Shown here piece by piece: positions 41,414-52,224 of a stretch of 64,000 bases of DNA. The stretch's first letter is position 1. Each line of letters begins with the position of its first letter. The position numbers and the translations under genes were made by a program. Below the pieces are notes generated by a model. The model did no database searches. It was not told the origin of the DNA and saw only the letters and a program-made list of their open reading frames with translations. Origin of the DNA: Bacteroidota bacterium (GTDB taxonomy: Bacteria; Bacteroidota; Bacteroidia; Bacteroidales; UBA10428); assembly GCA_023442525.1 (NCBI GenBank), contig JAEZZA010000020.1:100776-164775 (forward strand). Direction: 5' to 3'.

Positions 41414-41893
41414 CTACCAGACAAAATCTCTTGTGACTCCTGTATTACTCTTATTCCCGGCCCTGTCGACTATATAAAATTCATACCGGATTGTATCGTA
41501 AGGTGGTTTCAAAAGATAGGTAATTTGAACTTTTATCTCACCTTTAAGGGCACCATTCCGGTTCAGTTTGGTATTTTCACTAATTGAATAGAACCGGTTA
41601 TACCGGCTTGCTCCTGTGGAATCATAAATCCCGTCAACTTTATAAAACGGGTAAATGAACAAGTTTTTTTCTTTTGGAGATTTTGTTGTATCCACTCCAA
41701 AATCCGAATCCCCGTCCCTGAATTCAAAAACCAGATCGGTGGCATTCAGCCTGATTGTGGATGAATCAAACGAATATGGGGCACTGATACTCTTGAATGA
41801 AACGTAAGGAATGGGGCTGAATTCTTCCCTCGGCTCACACGCGAAGAAAATCAGAAAACAAATAATTATCAGCGATATATTGAATGCTCTCAT
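41414..41893 (-). CDS. Hypothetical lipoprotein
   Basis: Signal peptide with lipobox LIFFAC. 159 aa. No recognisable family. Confidence 0.5.
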   Translation of the reverse strand: MRAFNISLIIICFLIFFACEPREEFSPIPYVSFKSISAPYSFDSSTIRLNATDLVFEFRDGDSDFGVDTTKSPKEKNLFIYPFYKVDGIYDSTGASRYNRFYSISENTKLNRNGALKGEIKVQITYLLKPPYDTIRYEFYIVDRAGNKSNTGVTRDFVW

Positions 41894-41926
41894 ATTGATA
41901 TTTCTTTAATAAATAACATATCAACT

Positions 41927-43231
41927 TCATTTCTCCCTCATGAAAATCTGAATGGGTACTCCATTAAAGTCAAAGTTCTGTCTGAGCTTGTTCTCCAAAT
42001 ATCTCTTATATGGCTCCTTTACATACTTGGGAAAATTACAGAAAAATGCGAAAGAGGGTGCGTGAGTGGGCAGTTGGGTCACATATTTGATCTTAATATA
42101 TTTCCCCTTAAATGCCGGTGGCGGGTAATCTTCAATTGCTTTTAACATTACTTCATTCAGTTGTGATGTTGGTATTTTTTGAATACGGTTTTCGTATACC
42201 TTCATCGCTGTTTCAATAACCTTATGTATCCTCACCTTATTTAATGCCGATATAAACAAAACCGGCACATCACGGAAAGGTGCTATTTTGTCGAGCAATG
42301 CCTTTTCATAATCGCGGGCAGTATTGGTTGATTTTTCCAGTGCATCCCACTTATTTACCAAAAGTACCAGTCCTTTATTATTTTTCCGGACCACACTCAG
42401 TATCGAAAGGTCTTGCGACTCCAAACCCTGAGTGGCATCAATCATCAGCAGGCAAACATCGGAGTACTCAATAGTCCTTATTGACCTCATTACCGAATAG
42501 AATTCAATATTCTCGGTAACTTTTCCTTTTTTGCGAATACCGGCAGTATCTACCAGGAAGAAATCGTGATTGTATTTATTATATCTGGTGAAAATTGAAT
42601 CACGGGTTGTACCGGCCACCGGTGTTACAATATGTCTATCTTCGCCCAACAGGGCATTGATCAGTGTAGATTTACCAACGTTTGGCCTTCCAACCACGGC
42701 AATCTTAGGCAGGTCGGGAACATCCGTGTCGCTCTCGCCTGTAAATGAATTAACCAGGTCATCGAGTAAATCGCCTGTTCCGCTTCCATTCATCGATGAT
42801 ATTTTATACAGATCTCCCAATCCCAATGAATGAAATATATCAGCCTCATATTGCAGATTATTATTATCCACCTTGTTAACCACAACCATTACTTTTTTTG
42901 TGCCTCTTCGCAATATTGAAGCAACGGTCTTATCCATATCCATGAGGCCGTCTCTCACATCCACCAGAAACAACAAAACATCCGCTTCTTCTATTGCCAG
43001 GTGGACCTGCTTGCGAATTTCCTCCTCAAAAACATCATCAGAGCCCTCAACATATCCCCCGGTATCAATCACTGAAAACTCAATACCGTTCCAAATCGAT
43101 TTACCGTAGTGTCTGTCGCGTGTAACACCACTGGTTTCGTGAACAATGGCATCCCGGGTTTCAGTAAGCCTGTTAAATAGTGTTGACTTTCCTACATTAG
43201 GACGCCCAACAATAGCAACTATATTACCCAT
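41927..43231 (-). CDS. der: Ribosome biogenesis GTPase Der (EngA)
   Basis: Two tandem GTPase domains ([12 protein letters not shown] and [12 protein letters not shown]; DTGG / DTAG; NKVD / NKWD) plus a KH-like C-terminus. Confidence 0.95.
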   Translation of the reverse strand: MGNIVAIVGRPNVGKSTLFNRLTETRDAIVHETSGVTRDRHYGKSIWNGIEFSVIDTGGYVEGSDDVFEEEIRKQVHLAIEEADVLLFLVDVRDGLMDMDKTVASILRRGTKKVMVVVNKVDNNNLQYEADIFHSLGLGDLYKISSMNGSGTGDLLDDLVNSFTGESDTDVPDLPKIAVVGRPNVGKSTLINALLGEDRHIVTPVAGTTRDSIFTRYNKYNHDFFLVDTAGIRKKGKVTENIEFYSVMRSIRTIEYSDVCLLMIDATQGLESQDLSILSVVRKNNKGLVLLVNKWDALEKSTNTARDYEKALLDKIAPFRDVPVLFISALNKVRIHKVIETAMKVYENRIQKIPTSQLNEVMLKAIEDYPPPAFKGKYIKIKYVTQLPTHAPSFAFFCNFPKYVKEPYKRYLENKLRQNFDFNGVPIQIFMREK

Positions 43232-43311
43232 TTTGCAGGTATAAGATTAATTTTCGAACTCAATGGTTGCGCGTCTGTCGCGAATATATTGCAAATCATA
43301 CACATGTAATT

Positions 43312-44187
43312 TTAATTGTAACCGAATCGTTTCAGAGCCCTTTCATTGTTTCTCCAATCAGGTGCTACTTTTACCTGCAAACCCAGGTATATTTTTTTTC
43401 CAAGGAATTTCTCAATATCCATACGCGCCTGGATCCCGGTTTTCTTAAGGCCCTCACCTTTATGGCCAATAATAATTCCTTTCTGGGTTTCGCGCAATAC
43501 ATTTATAATGGCATTTATCCGGATAATATCCTCGGCCTCTTTAAATGAATCAATGACGACTTCGCAGGAATAAGGAATTTCCTTTTTATAATTCAAAAAG
43601 ATTTTCTCCCTTATAATTTCGGCAACAAAAAACCGTTCCGGCCTGTCAGTCAGCGAATCGTCGGGATAATAAACCGGGCCCTCGGGAAGTTTATCCAGCA
43701 GCCCGGTGAACAACTCACTGATATTTGAACGGTACAAAGCAGAAATAGCTATCACATCGGCATTTGGTAAAATCTGCTTCCATTCGGATATCATGATTTC
43801 AATCTTTGCCGGTTCGGCCAGATCAGATTTATTAATGGCAACAATTACAGGCGTTTTGGTTTTCTTCAACCTTGCAATGAATTCTTCATGTTTTTCCCTG
43901 CTCTCGAATGTATCCGTAACATACAGTATGATGTCGGCATCACTCAGGGCAGTGCGTACAAACCGCATCATATTTTCGTGCAGTTTATAAACGGGCTTGA
44001 CAATTCCCGGGGTATCTGAAAATACCATCTGAAAATTCTCGCCGTTTACAATACCCATAATCCGGTGACGCGTAGTCTGGGCTTTGGATGTGATTATGGA
44101 AAGCTTCTCACCAACCAGCTCATTCATGAGTGTTGATTTCCCGACATTGGGATTACCGATGATATTAATAAATCCGGATTTAAACAT
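43312..44187 (-). CDS. era: GTPase Era
   Basis: [20 protein letters not shown] and a C-terminal KH domain (IIIGHKGEGLKKTG). Confidence 0.95.
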   Translation of the reverse strand: MFKSGFINIIGNPNVGKSTLMNELVGEKLSIITSKAQTTRHRIMGIVNGENFQMVFSDTPGIVKPVYKLHENMMRFVRTALSDADIILYVTDTFESREKHEEFIARLKKTKTPVIVAINKSDLAEPAKIEIMISEWKQILPNADVIAISALYRSNISELFTGLLDKLPEGPVYYPDDSLTDRPERFFVAEIIREKIFLNYKKEIPYSCEVVIDSFKEAEDIIRINAIINVLRETQKGIIIGHKGEGLKKTGIQARMDIEKFLGKKIYLGLQVKVAPDWRNNERALKRFGYN

Positions 44188-44200
44188 GCAGGTTTTTATG

Positions 44201-46672
44201 TTACAAACTAAGCTGAATGGTCAATTTAAAGGCAAAGTTATCAATAGTTTTCTGATATGCATACGGTCCGTAACGGTATAAAGCTCCTATCCCATATTCG
44301 AGCGGCCTAAAGCGAAAGATATTATTTATGAGAATGCCTCCTTCATAATACCCCTCTTCCATAGTTTTATATATAATGTCTTCAACAGGTTTATTTTCAA
44401 GTGAACCAAAACCAATATTCTGAACAAGGGCAATCTCGGGCTGAAATTTACCACGCGGCTTAAAAAGCAGCTTACCGAAATCCTGTTTCAGGAACAAAGC
44501 AGCAAACTGGTCCGACAAAAACTCGTTAAAACGCATGGTTCCAAACGATTGTTCGGTTTCCAGCGTGAAAGGCCTGTAACTGGCTATTCCGGAATATAAT
44601 AAGGAATAAGGCGCAATACCATTGAACCAGCCTCCTGCAAATGCAATGCGGGTATCACCCAGCGCCCTTGTTTTAAATATTTTTGTTATTTTGATTTCAC
44701 TTCGGCTGTAATTATACTGTTCATCTTTAAAGTCTCCCGCACGGGCATAATTCAAAAAGATGACCGGGTAATTGGTTCCCAGGGAGAATTTATTTCCACG
44801 GGGCGATTTCACAAAAGTTTCCTTATATGCATACCTGAACTTTATCCCGGTTTCGGTAACCGAAAATGCAGATGAATTCACCAGGGCATCAGGTTCATAA
44901 TCGTACCGGTCCGACGGAGTAATGGTACTATGCCTGATATAGGGAAGGACAGTCAGATATTTTAATGCCCTGAAATTCAAATTAAGTTCCGCATCACGCG
45001 ACCGGTCCATTAAATCAACCATGTAGTCTCTGAAAAAAGCAGTACCTGAAATTGTCCAGGCTTCATTAAAAGTGATTCCTCCGGTTTCCTTAACATCGTC
45101 TCTGTACAGAACTGTCAGATTTAATTCAGTAGCCTTATGTAAATTAAAGGTGACGCCTCCACTATACTTCCACGATTTATCTCTCGTTCCGTAAGCAACA
45201 TATCCGCTTACTGAGAATAGATCCGACAGAGCGGAAGAGGTTTTTCCACCTGCTCCAAGCCGGAATCCTTCATAAGGATTATACCCCACGAATCTGCGTA
45301 TATCAAAATTCCAGTATTTTCCGGGGAGATAACCCGTAAGCAGGGTTTCAAACGAGATTATGGTACCGTCGAGATGCTCGGCTTTTCCCAGGCTATCGAT
45401 CACACGGTAAGTTTCGAGTTCTCTTCGGGTAAGTGAATCAGTCCGGTAAAGACTCCAAACCTGTTCAGGTTGTTTATGAGAATCAGGCTTAACCTCAATG
45501 CCCACCTCGGAGAATTCTGATGGGTTGAATTTCGGATTGAAATCGATATTGACAATATAGCTTTTTCCGCTGCCGGCCAGGTTTACAGGTGCACCCTTGA
45601 ATCCAAACATTGAAGGATTAATTCGGATGGTTGTATTCAGTAACACAGGGAACCATCGTACTCCATTAACCAGATCGTACTGCTGCTGTATCGAAACACT
45701 AACCGGCACACCTTTTTGCTCAGCGGCTTCCGCTATTACGTTCTGAATGGCATAACCATGCGAATTAATATACAATACTCCTTTCAGACCTTCGAAATTC
45801 TTACCACGCATTGGCCTGAACGAAATAATAAACACGGTATCACTTCTTGAGGTAAAAACACTATCCCTTATCTCAAAAAAATATTTTTCGGTACTACCCG
45901 TTGAAATCGGATTCAAATACTGACGGTCGGCGATATTTATGAAATTCTCGTAGAAAGAGAACGATTGGAATTGCCTGGCCAATACCATAAATGATGGTTG
46001 TGAAACACCGGATACTCGTGATGCGATGACCTCTTCCTTGTTTTTCTCGGCACTGAAATATTTTCTGCTGCTGACATTTTCCATCATAAACAGGTACTGA
46101 TCTTCAAGGAATCTCCTGATATCAATCCTGCTCTTCCCGTCCATACCATAATTTAAAGAATCGTCAATGACACGTCTTATAGCTGTAGTATCAACTCCTT
46201 TAACAAGACTTGTATCAGATTCAATCCCGAAAATCACTTTCTCATAAGCGATATAGGAGAACGGCCCTGATTTTTCAGGGTTATTTTTCACCCTGTTTTC
46301 AGAAGCTTTTTTGATGATCCGGTGTGCCGGATTTTCGGTGGGATAAACGATTACTTCTTCAATGTCCTGAGGAAATGGTCTGAGCAATATCCTTTCATTT
46401 GGCTTCAGGCCTTCCTTTCCGACAGGGATTGTCTTTGTATGGTAACCAATATAACGGAGTTTAATAAACTGAACATTGCCCGGGAAAGGAATGCGGAATA
46501 ATCCGTCGAGGTTAGTAACCACACCATGCCCTGCAGTATTATACACAATACTTACAAAAGCCAGTGGTTCATTAGTGATACTGTCGGTTACTATACCTGA
46601 TATATAGCCTTCCTGAGCCCTGATGGAACCGGCAGACAGCAGTAATATCAGCAGCAGCCAACAGTATCTCAT
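44201..46672 (-). CDS. Carboxypeptidase-regulatory-like domain plus DUF5686-like outer-membrane protein
   Basis: Signal peptide and N-terminal ISGIVTDSITNEPLAFVSIVY (CarboxypepD_reg-like). 823 aa. The beta-rich C-terminal half ends in an aromatic-rich strand. The family call is from memory of the architecture only. Confidence 0.5.
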   Translation of the reverse strand: MRYCWLLLILLLSAGSIRAQEGYISGIVTDSITNEPLAFVSIVYNTAGHGVVTNLDGLFRIPFPGNVQFIKLRYIGYHTKTIPVGKEGLKPNERILLRPFPQDIEEVIVYPTENPAHRIIKKASENRVKNNPEKSGPFSYIAYEKVIFGIESDTSLVKGVDTTAIRRVIDDSLNYGMDGKSRIDIRRFLEDQYLFMMENVSSRKYFSAEKNKEEVIASRVSGVSQPSFMVLARQFQSFSFYENFINIADRQYLNPISTGSTEKYFFEIRDSVFTSRSDTVFIISFRPMRGKNFEGLKGVLYINSHGYAIQNVIAEAAEQKGVPVSVSIQQQYDLVNGVRWFPVLLNTTIRINPSMFGFKGAPVNLAGSGKSYIVNIDFNPKFNPSEFSEVGIEVKPDSHKQPEQVWSLYRTDSLTRRELETYRVIDSLGKAEHLDGTIISFETLLTGYLPGKYWNFDIRRFVGYNPYEGFRLGAGGKTSSALSDLFSVSGYVAYGTRDKSWKYSGGVTFNLHKATELNLTVLYRDDVKETGGITFNEAWTISGTAFFRDYMVDLMDRSRDAELNLNFRALKYLTVLPYIRHSTITPSDRYDYEPDALVNSSAFSVTETGIKFRYAYKETFVKSPRGNKFSLGTNYPVIFLNYARAGDFKDEQYNYSRSEIKITKIFKTRALGDTRIAFAGGWFNGIAPYSLLYSGIASYRPFTLETEQSFGTMRFNEFLSDQFAALFLKQDFGKLLFKPRGKFQPEIALVQNIGFGSLENKPVEDIIYKTMEEGYYEGGILINNIFRFRPLEYGIGALYRYGPYAYQKTIDNFAFKLTIQLSL

Positions 46673-48058
46673 TCAGCTTATTAATTCATTGATTTCCCTG
46701 ATCATTTTTAATGCAAGCTCTTCGGCTTTCTGTTGAGTTGTGCTTTCGCTAATCACACGGATAATAGGTTCCGTGTTCGATTTACGAAGGTGTACCCATT
46801 CCCGGTCAAAGTCAATACGAATCCCGTCACTGTTATTTATCGGAAAACCCTCGTATTTTTCCCTTACCCTACTTATCAATTCGTCAACATTGGTTCCGGG
46901 TTTAAGTTCGAGCTTGTTTTTTGAATTAAAATAATCAGGGTACGATTTGCGAAGCTCCGAACATTTTTTACCGGAAAGGGCAAGATGCGAAAGGAACAAT
47001 CCTATACCTGCCAGCGCATCTCTGCCATAATGCAGATCGGGATATATAACTCCGCCGTTACCTTCACCTCCTATAATTGCATTTACCCTTTTCATTTCGT
47101 TAACAACATTTACCTCACCAACTGCTGCTGCAGAATATTTACCCCCATAACGAGCGGTAACATCTGCCAGCGCTCTGGTAGATGAGAGATTGGATACGGT
47201 ATTCCCCGCCCCGTGTGATAGTACATAATCTGCTACAGCTACCAGGGTGTATTCTTCGCCAAACATACTGCCGTCTTCATTAACAATCACCAACCTGTCG
47301 ACATCCGGGTCAACAACAAAACCCACATCGGCCTGGTGTTCCTTTACAGCTTTTGAAATATCACCCAGATGTTGAGGAAGCGGCTCCGGATTATGCGGGA
47401 ATTTACCAGTAGGTTCGCAATAAAGCTTTATTACCTCTGCCCCAAGTTTCTCAAGTAATACAGGGAGAATAATTCCCCCTACCGAATTCACACAGTCAAT
47501 CACCACCTTAAAACGCGCCTTTCTAATGGCATCGGTATCAACGTATTTCATTTTCAAAACTGCATCAACATGGATCTCATCCATATTGTTGAAGGAAAGT
47601 AATTTGCCCAGCTTATCCACCTCGGTATAGGAAACAGAGTCGCTGGCTGCAAGCTGTAAAAGCTCTGCACCCTGCTCTGCAGAAATAAATTCGCCCTTTT
47701 CGTTAAGGAGTTTTAATGCATTCCACTGGCCCGGGTTGTGACTTGCCGTAAGTATGATACCCCCGTCGGCTTTGTGCCAGGTGACTCCCAACTCCACTGT
47801 TGGCGTTGTGGCAAATCCCAGCTCGATCACATCAATTCCCATTCCCATCAAAGTTCCTGCCACCAGACTTAAAACCATTTCGCCCGATACCCGGGCATCC
47901 CGTCCTATGACTACCTTATAATTATCTTTGAGTTGTTTGTTCCTGATTTGCTGTGCAAAGGCTGTGGTAAACCTCACCACATCAATGGGAGTCAATGATT
48001 CACCAGGTTTTCCTCCAATAGTTCCCCGAATTCCGGATATCGATTTAATAAGTGTCAT
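46673..48058 (-). CDS. glmM: Phosphoglucosamine mutase
   Basis: Phosphoserine loop LTASHNPGQWNALK, Mg site FVVDPDVDRL, sugar-binding GGEGNGG. 461 aa. Confidence 0.9.
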   Translation of the reverse strand: MTLIKSISGIRGTIGGKPGESLTPIDVVRFTTAFAQQIRNKQLKDNYKVVIGRDARVSGEMVLSLVAGTLMGMGIDVIELGFATTPTVELGVTWHKADGGIILTASHNPGQWNALKLLNEKGEFISAEQGAELLQLAASDSVSYTEVDKLGKLLSFNNMDEIHVDAVLKMKYVDTDAIRKARFKVVIDCVNSVGGIILPVLLEKLGAEVIKLYCEPTGKFPHNPEPLPQHLGDISKAVKEHQADVGFVVDPDVDRLVIVNEDGSMFGEEYTLVAVADYVLSHGAGNTVSNLSSTRALADVTARYGGKYSAAAVGEVNVVNEMKRVNAIIGGEGNGGVIYPDLHYGRDALAGIGLFLSHLALSGKKCSELRKSYPDYFNSKNKLELKPGTNVDELISRVREKYEGFPINNSDGIRIDFDREWVHLRKSNTEPIIRVISESTTQQKAEELALKMIREINELIS

Positions 48059-48152
48059 AAGATTGAATTTTAATCATAAGGGTTTGAAATTTCGTAATTT
48101 TATAGCTCCAAAATTAAGCATTAAAGTTTTTGATGCTAATAAATACATACAA

Positions 48153-49013
48153 ATGGCATTTGCAAAAGGTCCCCGAAAACCCGCCGAGAGCGGACAACGT
48201 AAAAAAAGAACTGTAATCCATGGCGCAGGCAAGGTAGTCCGTAAATCAGCGACTAATCGCAGTAAACCTGCAAAAGCGGAGATCTTCGACGAAAATGCGC
48301 CTGTCAGGCTGAACAAATACCTGGCAAGTACAGGTATCTGCTCACGCAGAGAGGCGGATGACCTGATAACGGCAGGTTTGGTATCTGTGAACGGGAAATT
48401 AATAACCAACCTCGGTACTAAAATTCATCCCGGCGACACGGTGAAATACAATGGAGAGACTCTTAAAGAGGAGAAGAAAGTATATTTACTTTTGAATAAA
48501 CCCAAAGACTATGTCACTACCGTGGAAGATCCCCATGCAAAAAAAACCGTACTAGACCTGGTACGCGGGGCATGTAAAGAAAGGATCTATCCGGTGGGAC
48601 GGCTCGACAGAAATACAACCGGAGTTTTATTGCTTACAAATGACGGCGAACTAACCAAACGACTCACACATCCGCAATTTGAGAAATTAAAGATTTATCA
48701 CGTACATCTTAACAAGAATATCAAACCGTCGGATATGGAGAAAATTTCAACAGGAATAAACCTCGAAGACGGAATTATCAAGGCCGACTCAATCAGTTTT
48801 GCCGACCCCACAGATAAAACTCAGGTGGGAATTGAGTTACATTCGGGAAAAAACCATATTGTCAGGAGGATTTTTGAACACCTGGGTTATGAAGTTGTCA
48901 AACTCGACCGGGTTTATTTTGCCGGCCTTACAAAGAAAAACCTCCCCCGCGGATCATGGCGATTCCTAAACGAGAAAGAAATTGCCATGCTGAAAATGAA
49001 TGCGTTTAAATAA
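48153..49013 (+). CDS. RluB/RsuA-family 23S/16S rRNA pseudouridine synthase
   Basis: Start placed at MAFAKGPRK; the longer listed ORF overlaps glmM antisense. Basic N-tail, S4 domain (RLNKYLASTGICSRREAD), catalytic motif GRLDRNTTGVLLLTNDG. Confidence 0.85.
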   Translation: MAFAKGPRKPAESGQRKKRTVIHGAGKVVRKSATNRSKPAKAEIFDENAPVRLNKYLASTGICSRREADDLITAGLVSVNGKLITNLGTKIHPGDTVKYNGETLKEEKKVYLLLNKPKDYVTTVEDPHAKKTVLDLVRGACKERIYPVGRLDRNTTGVLLLTNDGELTKRLTHPQFEKLKIYHVHLNKNIKPSDMEKISTGINLEDGIIKADSISFADPTDKTQVGIELHSGKNHIVRRIFEHLGYEVVKLDRVYFAGLTKKNLPRGSWRFLNEKEIAMLKMNAFK

Positions 49014-49017
49014 TATA

Positions 49018-49067
49018 CCAATATGCCAATATGCCAATATTAGAATAATTAGCACATTAGCACATTA
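49018..49067. repeat. Two different 8-bp tandem duplications in a 51-nt convergent intergenic spacer
   Basis: CCAATATG x2.9 (49018-49040) and ATTAGCAC x2.5 (49048-49067). The second runs into the stop codon of the minus-strand gene. Confidence 0.8.
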
Positions 49068-52000
49068 AATTTTGATTCCCATAAACAAAACATCATCCAC
49101 CTGATCATAGTTTTCTTTCCAGAGGTTAAATGTGTTTTTCACATGCAGGCATTGTTCATCCATAGGTTTGGAATGAATATCCTGAAGCAGGTTTTTAAGA
49201 CGTATCATCTTAAACTTTTTACCCATGGGGCCTCCGAACTGATCGGAATACCCGTCGGAGAACATATAGATTATATCACCCTTGCTCAATTGCAGGCCTT
49301 CATCTTCAAACAGATTATTCTCTTTATCGTAATGACCGCCCACTGAATTTCTGCTACCCTTGATAAATATTTCTTCTCCGTCTTTGTAAATGATCATTGG
49401 CCGCATAGCCGAAGCAAACCGGATATAATGTGTTTTCAGGTCTATTTCACACACTATGATATCCATTCCATCTCCGGGCTTTGTGCCGTCGTCCAGGTCG
49501 TGATTCAACGTGTTACGCAGCTCGCAATCGAGCACCTGCAGAACTTTCGATGGTGAAGTATCTGATTCACGGTTGCAAATATCTTTGATCAGCGTTGAAC
49601 CGATCATCGACATAAATGCACCGGGCACTCCGTGGCCTGTTGAATCGGCACATACAATGATAAATTTGTTCTCATTGATCCTGTCGAACCAGTAAAAGTC
49701 ACCACTCACGATATCCCTCGGGCTATAGAACACAAAACAACCCGAGAAATGCTGCTGCAATCTCTTAACCGGTGGCAGCATGCTTGTTTGAATACGTTTG
49801 GCATAATTAATACTGTCAGTAATGTCCCGGTTCTTTATTTCGATCTCTTCTTTTTGTTCAACCACCTCTTTGGTGCGCAAAGTAAGCTCTCTTTCAAGAT
49901 ATTCCTGTAATTGCTTCTGTTTACGCTCGCGGTATTTGATAACCAGGTAAAACAGAGAGAGCATCGCAAGTGTCATTGCAGCAATAAACCACCACCTCTT
50001 CCACAAGGGTGGTTTTACACGTAAGTGAAAGGTTACCGGAATGATCTCCTCAGTGAGTCCTTCATTATTATACGACCGCACGTAGAAAGTATATTCTCCG
50101 TCTTCAATTCTTGGATACGTTACCGATGTCTGCGAAGTGATATCCGACCAGTCGAGATCGTATCCTTCAAGCTTATACTGGTATCGTACGGCATTGGGGT
50201 CACTATAATTCAAACCTATGAATTCAATCCTCAGATTATATATCTTATATGGCAGAACTATATCCTTGCTGTAATCAAAGGGCTTGTCCGAAATCAGCAG
50301 GCTCACAATATTCGTGAATGGAGGTAACGGGGTTTTATTCTCTCTCGCATGATGATATCCAATCAGCCCTTCAGTGGTACCGAAATAAACATCTCCATGT
50401 TCATTACCATAAACGGCATTTAAATTGACATCGCCAAAAACTCCTAAGTGCTGATCATATAGGCTGATGAGCATATTCTTCAGATTTATGCGACTTAAAC
50501 CCATCCGGTGACCAACCCAAATATGGCCATTACGATCGGCTGTGATGCCGTAGCAATAATTTGATTTCAATCCCAGCCGTTCAGTAAACTGGTATAGTGA
50601 ATCTTTTGTGAAACAGAGCACTCCATCACCATAAGTAGCTGCCCAAATGTTCTCGCTTTCATCTTCGGTAACCGACTTAAAATCGACCTCTGTTCCTGTG
50701 GGGTAAACATTTACAACCTCATCATCGTCGGTTATTGTTATGATCCCGCTTGCTTTGGTAGCAATTAATACCCTGTCACGGCTGTCAACAATAAGATGTT
50801 CAATATAATTATGAGGCATTCCGTTGGTTGTGGTAAAATGCCCTGTGACCTGCAAATTGAGGTTAAACCTGTAAACCCCGTCTTTAGTACCCAGATACAG
50901 ATATTTTGAACTCAGTGCAATTGCACTTACCCACTTGCCCATTGAATAAGCTTCGTATTCAACTTTTTTAACCTGATCCTTAAGGGTATTTACAACATAT
51001 AATCCGTTTGATTCAGTACCGGCATACAAGGTGTTTCCTTTCAGCAGCAGCGCTGTGATCTTTGTTGCGGGAATGCCAGATATGCGCCTTGGCGACTTAT
51101 CCTTTTCGTCGTTATAACGGAATAAGCCACCTGAACCCCCAACGTATTCAGTACCATCCGGGGTAACTGCAACGCAGAGAACATTATTTTCGATACCCGG
51201 AATTTCATATTCTGAAAATACCATGGGTTGACCCGTGAGCATCGACAATCCATCGCCATATAAGGCAATCCAGATATTACCTTCGAGATCGCGGAATACT
51301 TTTCTTACGCGGTCACCTGACAGCCCGTTTCCACTGGAAAATCTCTCAACCCGGGCATATCTGCCCTGGTCTTCATCCGAAAGCCGGTAAACGCCTTTAT
51401 ATGAGCCAATCCACAGCTGGTTATCGTCATCCTGAAAAACCGACTGAACTCTTGCTTCACCTAGCCCCAGGTCGGGCGCCACTTCAGTCAGGTTGTAATT
51501 TTCTCCGTGCAGTTCGATTTTAAATACGCCCTTTTCTTCAGCGGCTATCCAGTATGAATTCTTTTCATCGGCAGGTTGAATGTCCGATATACGTGAGAAT
51601 TCAAGTTCACTTACCGAAATTACTTTCGTAGCTGACTTTCCTTCGTTGTCGACTGAGTAAATTTTCAGCCCATCATGGGTGCCGGTTAGCAGAATGTTGC
51701 CCTTAACATAAACAGCGCTTATGTTACCGGATTCAATACCTTCGGTGGTATAGACCTGCTTTCCGTCGAAGCCGGAAATTCCGTTATTCAGAGTTGAAAT
51801 AAGAATATTCCCATCCGAAAGCTCAACAATGCCCGTTATTGCACTATTGATCAATTTCCCGGTATTAATGAGGTTAAAGCTTTTACCATTATACACTGCA
51901 ATACTGCCATTCTGAAACCCAAACCATACATTTCCCCTGCTGTCTTTTAAACTTACAGAGGCCACCTGTCCCTTAAGTGTATCCGGCGTTCCGCTAACCA

Positions 52001-52208
52001 CGAATGAAAATCCGTTAAACCTGCATATACCTTCACCTGTACCTATCCAGATATATCCCTGACTATCCTGATTTATTGTATATACAAAAGGATGAAGTAT
52101 GCCTTCGGAAGTACCGTAATTACTTACGCGGTATTCCTGGGCCTGTATTATGAAAAATAAGGCATGGAAACCGAAAATTAAAATGAGAATCCGCTTTAAA
52201 CCAGACAT
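49065..52208 (-). CDS. Membrane sensor: periplasmic two-component-regulator-propeller + Y_Y_Y domains, one TM, cytoplasmic SpoIIE/PP2C phosphatase
   Basis: Repeated propeller blades (IWIGT..G, VWFGF..G, LWIGS..G, IWVGH..G); Y_Y_Y segment RYQYKLEGYDLDWSD...GEYTFYVRSYN; TM WWFIAAMTLAMLSLFYLVI; PP2C motifs VSGDFYWF, CADSTGHGVPGA, MFSDGYSDQFG, DDVLFMGIKI. Confidence 0.8.
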   Translation of the reverse strand: MSGLKRILILIFGFHALFFIIQAQEYRVSNYGTSEGILHPFVYTINQDSQGYIWIGTGEGICRFNGFSFVVSGTPDTLKGQVASVSLKDSRGNVWFGFQNGSIAVYNGKSFNLINTGKLINSAITGIVELSDGNILISTLNNGISGFDGKQVYTTEGIESGNISAVYVKGNILLTGTHDGLKIYSVDNEGKSATKVISVSELEFSRISDIQPADEKNSYWIAAEEKGVFKIELHGENYNLTEVAPDLGLGEARVQSVFQDDDNQLWIGSYKGVYRLSDEDQGRYARVERFSSGNGLSGDRVRKVFRDLEGNIWIALYGDGLSMLTGQPMVFSEYEIPGIENNVLCVAVTPDGTEYVGGSGGLFRYNDEKDKSPRRISGIPATKITALLLKGNTLYAGTESNGLYVVNTLKDQVKKVEYEAYSMGKWVSAIALSSKYLYLGTKDGVYRFNLNLQVTGHFTTTNGMPHNYIEHLIVDSRDRVLIATKASGIITITDDDEVVNVYPTGTEVDFKSVTEDESENIWAATYGDGVLCFTKDSLYQFTERLGLKSNYCYGITADRNGHIWVGHRMGLSRINLKNMLISLYDQHLGVFGDVNLNAVYGNEHGDVYFGTTEGLIGYHHARENKTPLPPFTNIVSLLISDKPFDYSKDIVLPYKIYNLRIEFIGLNYSDPNAVRYQYKLEGYDLDWSDITSQTSVTYPRIEDGEYTFYVRSYNNEGLTEEIIPVTFHLRVKPPLWKRWWFIAAMTLAMLSLFYLVIKYRERKQKQLQEYLERELTLRTKEVVEQKEEIEIKNRDITDSINYAKRIQTSMLPPVKRLQQHFSGCFVFYSPRDIVSGDFYWFDRINENKFIIVCADSTGHGVPGAFMSMIGSTLIKDICNRESDTSPSKVLQVLDCELRNTLNHDLDDGTKPGDGMDIIVCEIDLKTHYIRFASAMRPMIIYKDGEEIFIKGSRNSVGGHYDKENNLFEDEGLQLSKGDIIYMFSDGYSDQFGGPMGKKFKMIRLKNLLQDIHSKPMDEQCLHVKNTFNLWKENYDQVDDVLFMGIKI

Positions 52209-52224
52209 GGATCAGTAACTTTTA

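Noticed and set aside
47928-48152. N-terminal 75-codon extension of the pseudouridine synthase ORF
   Set aside because: It overlaps the 5' end of glmM on the opposite strand and has no similarity to the family. The basic N-tail starting at Met 48153 is the plausible start.
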